Part shown: in pieces, positions 33,060 through 37,659 of the stretch | Numbering within the stretch: the first letter of the stretch is position 1 | Layout: the number at the start of each line of letters is the position of its first letter | IMG/VR virus record: IMGVR_UViG_3300012668_000271 | Direction: 5' to 3' (one strand) | Source: a virus | DNA length: 37,659 nucleotides | The notes under the pieces: model-generated | Seen by the model: the letters and a program-made list of their open reading frames with translations, nothing else | Databases searched by the model: none | Told to the model about the DNA's origin: nothing | Program-made: the position numbers and the translations under genes

Positions 33060-33674
33060 ATGAAAACATCAGAAAATATAAATGAAATTGCTAAAGCTAT
33101 GTCAATTGCTCAACTACAATTGAAACCTGCCATTAAGGATTCTATTAATCCACATTTTAAAAGCAAATATTCCGATATGTCATCCGTATGGGATGCCATT
33201 CGTGAACCTATTGCATCTAATGGTCTAACTATATGGCAAGATGTCACCACTGAAGATAAAAAAGTTTCTGTCACTACTAGAATTATTCATACTTCCGGTC
33301 AGTGGGTTGAATTTGGACCTTTATGTGTACCTATGTCTAAATTAGATGCCCATGGTGTTGGATCTGCTATTTCTTATGGTAAACGCTATGCTCTTTGTGC
33401 AGCTGTCGGTGTCGTATCATCGGGAGATGATGATGATGCAAATCATGCAGTAGGTAAGCCAACCGTACAGATAAATAAACTAAGCGTCGAGTTTGAAAAT
33501 TTTATTCAAGAGAATCCAGAAAAATACGAATATATAAAAGTAATTTCTAAAAATAGCGGAAAATCCATCTCGGACATTATATCACAAATTTTTGTTAATA
33601 TGGATCGTTTTAATGATGCATATGAAAAATGGCAATCTAAAAAACCAAGCTCAATGGACGAAGTCGAAAATTAA
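33060..33674 (+). CDS. ERF-family single-strand annealing protein
   Basis: NPHFKSKYSDMSSVWDAIREPIASNGL and ISYGKRYALCAAVGV resemble the ERF recombinase pattern. Paired with an exonuclease gene. Confidence 0.6.
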   Translation: MKTSENINEIAKAMSIAQLQLKPAIKDSINPHFKSKYSDMSSVWDAIREPIASNGLTIWQDVTTEDKKVSVTTRIIHTSGQWVEFGPLCVPMSKLDAHGVGSAISYGKRYALCAAVGVVSSGDDDDANHAVGKPTVQINKLSVEFENFIQENPEKYEYIKVISKNSGKSISDIISQIFVNMDRFNDAYEKWQSKKPSSMDEVEN

Positions 33675-33829
33675 ATCGGACTTACCTTGATGTCTGGACT
33701 AATATCCGCTGACGGTGATTGTTGTTCATCTACAACATCGGAAGCGGTACCTTGAGTATGAACCATATTGATTGAATAGGAACAGCTTCCTAAAATAATA
33801 GCCAATAGGCTACATATAATTTTATTCAT
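33671..33829 (-). CDS. small lipoprotein (52 aa), candidate
   Basis: MNKIICSLLAIILGSCSYS: signal peptide with a lipobox-like LGSC. The ATG overlaps the upstream stop (ATGAATAA). Below the ORF-track cutoff. Confidence 0.45.
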   Translation of the reverse strand: MNKIICSLLAIILGSCSYSINMVHTQGTASDVVDEQQSPSADISPDIKVSPI

Positions 33830-34007
33830 ACGTTTTTTCTCTTTCTAATAGATTGATGATGTAATCTAGAACTTCATCTCGACAAGATAATTTTATAAAA
33901 TTATTCTCATTAAGATTTTCAATAAGTGAATTCAATGAATATGTAATATCTGTAATAGTCCTAAACCCGAGTTCAGGTTTGACAGATTTTACAAAAATAT
34001 TTAACAT
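33822..34007 (-). CDS. hypothetical 61-aa protein
   Basis: Start taken at ATG 34007, in the junction AAATAATATGTT that repeats the junction of the upstream gene. The ORF-track start at 34097 overlaps the upstream gene. Confidence 0.45.
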   Translation of the reverse strand: MLNIFVKSVKPELGFRTITDITYSLNSLIENLNENNFIKLSCRDEVLDYIINLLEREKTYE

Positions 34008-34008
34008 A

Positions 34009-34191
34009 TTATTTATCTTTATGATTTTGTAAAATTTGAATGACTGAATCGATCGCAGCATTTTTTGCGTCTTTATCTGCAGAGAATTCTTCTTCAAATA
34101 ACTCGATTAATTTTGTTATATATCCCACTGATAGTGTCATGGAATGCATTGATGCATATTTCAAACACAATGCAAATAGAGCATTAAACAT
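34009..34191 (-). CDS. hypothetical 60-aa protein
   Basis: ATG in the junction AAATAATATGTT. Weakly resembles the next 61-aa protein (I..LIE......F........ID..I..L). Confidence 0.45.
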   Translation of the reverse strand: MFNALFALCLKYASMHSMTLSVGYITKLIELFEEEFSADKDAKNAAIDSVIQILQNHKDK

Positions 34192-34192
34192 A

Positions 34193-34324
34193 TTATTTAC
34201 CTTTGTTTTTTGATTTTCCTGCTACATTCAGAGCAATTGCTATCGCTTGTTTTTTAGATTTACCCGATTCTTCTTCTTGCTTAATATTTTTTCCGATATT
34301 ATTTTTACCTTTAAGCAATGGCAT
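34193..34324 (-). CDS. 43-aa basic protein with a KQAIAIAL motif (DUF6496-like), candidate
   Basis: AAGGGG RBS. Product is MPLLKGKNNIGKNIKQEEESGKSKKQAIAIALNVAGKSKNKGK. Below the ORF-track cutoff. Confidence 0.45.
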   Translation of the reverse strand: MPLLKGKNNIGKNIKQEEESGKSKKQAIAIALNVAGKSKNKGK

Positions 34325-34399
34325 AAAACCCCTTGTATTTTAAAATATTTATCAAATTAAACTTTATATAAATATTTTTTTATTTAACAGGTAAATTCA

Positions 34400-35221
34400 A
34401 TGAAAAAAATAATTTTATTTATGCTTACATTTATGTCTTTGGAAGCAAATTATAATGTATGTGTTACCACTATATTTCAAAATGAATCACCCTATCTCAA
34501 AGAATGGATTGATCATCACCTATCTGTTGGTGTGGAACACTTTGTTTTATATAATAACAATAGCACAGATGATTATGAATTAATTTTAAAACCTTACATT
34601 CAAAGAAATATTGTTGATTTGATTGATTGGCCATCAGAAACACAAAAAAATGAATTTGAATATTTTTCTTTTACCGTTCAACCAGGTGCTTATAATCATG
34701 CAATAGAACTCTTAAAAGAAAAAACAAAATGGCTTGCCATTATTGATACCGATGAATTTTTGATTTCAATGAAAGATAAGTCTATTTATTTGACTTTAGA
34801 AAAGTATTTCCCTAAAGCTTCTGGTGTTTGTGTAAATTGGCAATGCTATGGAACATCATCAATTTTTTTAAAGCCGGGACAATCTTTGTTAAAATCATTA
34901 ATATATAAATTACCGTTCGATCATTCTAGAAATTTATATTATAAATCAATTGTTAGGCTTGATTGTGTGGAAAAATGCGTAAATCCCCATTATTGTTTAT
35001 ATTTACCAGGATTTTATCATGTAAATACAAATAATGAAGCTATAGGAATGCAAAATACAGGCGTATATATTGATATATTAAGAATAAATCATTATTGGGC
35101 TCGGGATGAATGGTTTTTACTTAATATAAAAGCCCCCAGATATGAAAAATGGGGGGTAAATCCAGAAGATATTATAAAAGCAGGTCATGATATGAATCAT
35201 GAAATCGATGCATTATTTTGA
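34400..35221 (+). CDS. glycosyltransferase (GT2/GT92-like fold) with N-terminal signal/anchor
   Basis: IFQNESPYLKEWIDHHLSVGVEHFVLYNNNSTDD and AIIDTDEF (DxD) motifs. Hydrophobic N-terminus MKKIILFMLTFMSL. Confidence 0.7.
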   Translation: MKKIILFMLTFMSLEANYNVCVTTIFQNESPYLKEWIDHHLSVGVEHFVLYNNNSTDDYELILKPYIQRNIVDLIDWPSETQKNEFEYFSFTVQPGAYNHAIELLKEKTKWLAIIDTDEFLISMKDKSIYLTLEKYFPKASGVCVNWQCYGTSSIFLKPGQSLLKSLIYKLPFDHSRNLYYKSIVRLDCVEKCVNPHYCLYLPGFYHVNTNNEAIGMQNTGVYIDILRINHYWARDEWFLLNIKAPRYEKWGVNPEDIIKAGHDMNHEIDALF

Positions 35222-35463
35222 ATTTTACTCAGAATAAATTCAATATCACAACATTCTCGATGAGAATCAATAGGAACATAAAAGGCTTCTTGATCTTCAA
35301 TAAAAATTTTTACCTTATCATTTTCTACATGATTTATTTCATTAGGCTTCCCATCTGTAAAAACTATTTCGCATTTTCGAATACATTTATCATCGAAAGA
35401 AAAAGTCAAATTTTTATCAGGATGCATATTTCTAAATAAATCTTTAGATTCAAATAAATCCAT
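35197..35463 (-). CDS. hypothetical protein downstream of the tailspike gene (88 aa), possible fibre chaperone
   Basis: Starts 1 nt after the tailspike stop. The function is a positional guess. Confidence 0.45.
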   Translation of the reverse strand: MDLFESKDLFRNMHPDKNLTFSFDDKCIRKCEIVFTDGKPNEINHVENDKVKIFIEDQEAFYVPIDSHRECCDIEFILSKIQNNASIS

Positions 35464-35464
35464 T

Positions 35465-37099
35465 TTAGACCTCGTATTGACTATTAATTATGTAATCACC
35501 GGTTGTTCGACCAGTTAAACTTTCAATGGTTCTAGCACCTGTTGTTGGAGAAAAAGACTGTACAATATATTGTGAAGTATTATTAACAACAGTGACCAAA
35601 GGAAAAGTATTGGTAAAAATAGATAATTGAGTTGAACCAGCGCTAATTGGAGTATCAGAATTTAAGTTAGCAATATTAGCACTAATGAAAGGAAGTCCCT
35701 GTATTTGAATATTTCCAGTTCCGCCTGTATTACCTGAATAAGCAACATGAATATATAGACTGACTATTCGACCCACACGTTGATATCTACCTATTTGAAT
35801 TGTATAAGTTATTGCTCCGGCTGCAGTTGATCCAACAATAGTAGGAGTGAAAGTTCCTTGAGTAAATACATTTAAGGTATTTGTCCCACCATCAAAAGAA
35901 ATCCCTCCCGTATCAGTATTTCTAGCAACCAATGTTGTAGTATTTATTTTTGAAGAGGTATTGTTAAAAGATATTCCTGAATAGGTTAATGTGCCTGTTC
36001 CTGTAATGGCATTGGTATTTGTACTGTTAACGACAGAATTAGATATGTTATTACTTATTCCATTAATAGAAATTGCCGAAGCAGTATTGGAATTAATATA
36101 TGATGAAACGATAAAATTGCTTCCTGATCCATTTAATGTTAACGAAGTTGTATTCATTAAAGAAGTATCAACGGTTGAGTTTAATATTCCCAATGCTCCA
36201 GTAGAACTTGTCGTGATAGGGATATTCAAAATTGTATAAAAAAGATTTATTGTTCCGGCACTCATTGTGCATGCTGTCGTACTTAAGACTGTATTTGAAA
36301 TGATCGAATAATCAATATTTATTGTACCTGTGCTAGATGAAGAGAACAGTGCAATACCTGTAGTTGCTATGTTACCAAAGCAATTATTTATGCCAATAAT
36401 AGAAAGTGTATTTGATACTGTATGAGAAATACCTGTGTTATTTGAGCAAATTAAATTACAATTATTTACTTGCACTATGGAAGCGAGTGTTCCAGTTACT
36501 GCTAAAAAGAAATCTGCATTCGTCTGTAATTGTATATTACTAATAGAACAAATGCCAGCTGTGTTAAAAGTCGCTTTTCCAATTATCGTAACATTGGGTA
36601 CTAAGCTGTCACCTAAAAAAGCTGTTAAATTCACACCGGCTTTTAATGTTAGATTTTCAGTATAAGTCCCTGGACGAATAAAAATTGTTTGACCATTAAC
36701 GGAAGCTGTTATAGCTGCTTGAATTGTTGTAAAAGTTGCTCTTAGACCGACTACTGCTGAAGGATCAACTACAAATTGAGTTAACCAAGCTCTATCTTCT
36801 AAACTTATAGTACTTGCTGATCCTACTGTATCAAAAACAGGTATTGTGCCAGCTTTTTGACCTAATAGATTAAAGTTATTAGAACCATCTGGATTAAGTT
36901 GACCACCTGTATCACCTGTTAAATGCTGAACAGCTACGGCACCCCCTGTTAAAGAGATTGTCGTATTTCCAACTGTTCCGTCAGCATTAGAAATAGTTAT
37001 TCCAGTTCCTGCTTGAAATGCACGACCTGTAAAAGTCGACGTTCCGTCAAAAACAACATAACCACTTTGGCTAATGTTAAGGTCATTACTTGCAACCAT
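35465..37099 (-). CDS. tailspike/fibre with a pectate-lyase-type beta-helix signature (544 aa)
   Basis: FTTIQAAITASVNGQTIFIRPGTYTENLTLKAGVNL resembles the N-cap of right-handed beta-helix depolymerases. Asn/Ser/Thr-rich repeats. C-terminal GTFTPTIVGS...YQRVGRIV...IQGLPF domain. Confidence 0.65.
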   Translation of the reverse strand: MVASNDLNISQSGYVVFDGTSTFTGRAFQAGTGITISNADGTVGNTTISLTGGAVAVQHLTGDTGGQLNPDGSNNFNLLGQKAGTIPVFDTVGSASTISLEDRAWLTQFVVDPSAVVGLRATFTTIQAAITASVNGQTIFIRPGTYTENLTLKAGVNLTAFLGDSLVPNVTIIGKATFNTAGICSISNIQLQTNADFFLAVTGTLASIVQVNNCNLICSNNTGISHTVSNTLSIIGINNCFGNIATTGIALFSSSSTGTINIDYSIISNTVLSTTACTMSAGTINLFYTILNIPITTSSTGALGILNSTVDTSLMNTTSLTLNGSGSNFIVSSYINSNTASAISINGISNNISNSVVNSTNTNAITGTGTLTYSGISFNNTSSKINTTTLVARNTDTGGISFDGGTNTLNVFTQGTFTPTIVGSTAAGAITYTIQIGRYQRVGRIVSLYIHVAYSGNTGGTGNIQIQGLPFISANIANLNSDTPISAGSTQLSIFTNTFPLVTVVNNTSQYIVQSFSPTTGARTIESLTGRTTGDYIINSQYEV

Positions 37100-37112
37100 T
37101 ATATATACCTTT

Positions 37113-37613
37113 TTAAACTACGTTAAAGACACCAAGTGATGATTGAGTATGCCAAGTTAAATCTGATGGCTTGAAGATTAATTCGAGAATTGCTCCTCTA
37201 GTACTACTAGATGCTGTACCTGCAATAGCAGATATATTTGCACCTATTTGAATCATTTGACCAGCATTAGCTTGAACAATCACAGTAGAAGCTGTATCGA
37301 CATAAATAATTAAAGTATTTCCAATAACCAAACCAGCTGTTGCAGGCAATGTTACGGTTAATGCAGCATTACAAAAGTAACCATTTTGAATCGCAGCATT
37401 AAAACTTACGTTCTGCTCAGACCAAGCAAAACCTTCATTTTTTATTGTTACAACAAGGGTATTGCCTGAAGCTGATGTTGCAGTTCCTACACCACCAAAT
37501 ACATTTAATATGTTCAATGCAGGAACAGCAGTCCCCGCATCGGTAACATAACTAGTTGCAACTGTTGGAGGAACTGGACCAACTGCCGAATTGATTTGAC
37601 CTGCTTGACTCAA
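37113..37613 (-). CDS. fibre-associated virion protein (166 aa), TTG start
   Basis: TTG lies behind AGGTG, which overlaps the stop of the 39..371 gene across the circular junction. Gly/Thr/Ala-rich beta-type sequence. Confidence 0.55.
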   Translation of the reverse strand: MSQAGQINSAVGPVPPTVATSYVTDAGTAVPALNILNVFGGVGTATSASGNTLVVTIKNEGFAWSEQNVSFNAAIQNGYFCNAALTVTLPATAGLVIGNTLIIYVDTASTVIVQANAGQMIQIGANISAIAGTASSSTRGAILELIFKPSDLTWHTQSSLGVFNVV

Positions 37614-37659
37614 AATTCACCTATGTTTGTATGATAAATTGAGAAACTAAATAGACTAA
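37583..37659. repeat. terminal direct repeat copy 2
   Basis: Identical to nt 1-77. Confidence 0.95.

Overview
The first 77 nt are identical to the last 77 nt, so the window is one closed genome of 37,582 unique bp. It is a visibly AT-rich tailed bacteriophage; G+C was not computed. All functional calls come from motifs I recognise in the supplied translations and from reading the DNA. No database search was run.

Gene layout:
- **Packaging, head and tail genes (minus strand, about 24205 down to 2845):** small terminase, large terminase, portal, scaffold-like protein, an HK97-fold-like major capsid gene, then about ten virion and ejection-type proteins.
- **Fibre and tailspike genes:** these run across the circular junction (2129..39 and 37613..35197).
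- **Early genes (minus strand, 31803 down to 24250):** Cro-like repressor, HNH genes, a MazF/RHH toxin-antitoxin pair, replication initiator, SSB-like protein, DUF1064 nuclease, ParA plus an RHH partner, and a ParB-like nuclease.
- **Short plus-strand blocks:** a PD-(D/E)XK exonuclease with an ERF annealing protein, a glycosyltransferase, and an excisionase-type HTH protein.
- I recognised no integrase, tape measure, sheath, endolysin or holin.

Most notable observations:
1. The capsid gene is split into three exons by two related group I-like introns.
2. The larger intron carries a LAGLIDADG homing endonuclease on the opposite strand. It has its own sigma70-like promoter and an apparently leaderless start.
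3. Both introns sit after the same CCAACGRU exon motif, and the guide sequence carries a compensating change.
4. As assembled, capsid exon 2 has a one-nucleotide frame break.
5. The portal ORF can only begin at an ATT codon, placed behind a perfect AGGAGG and a TTGGAA-17-TATAAT promoter.
6. Plasmid-type maintenance genes are present without an integrase, which suggests a phage-plasmid lifestyle.
7. Three iteron-like repeats lie inside the initiator gene, and two promoter-to-terminator candidate small RNAs lie just upstream of it.
8. Homing-endonuclease-like and opposite-strand insertions are unusually dense in the packaging and head module.
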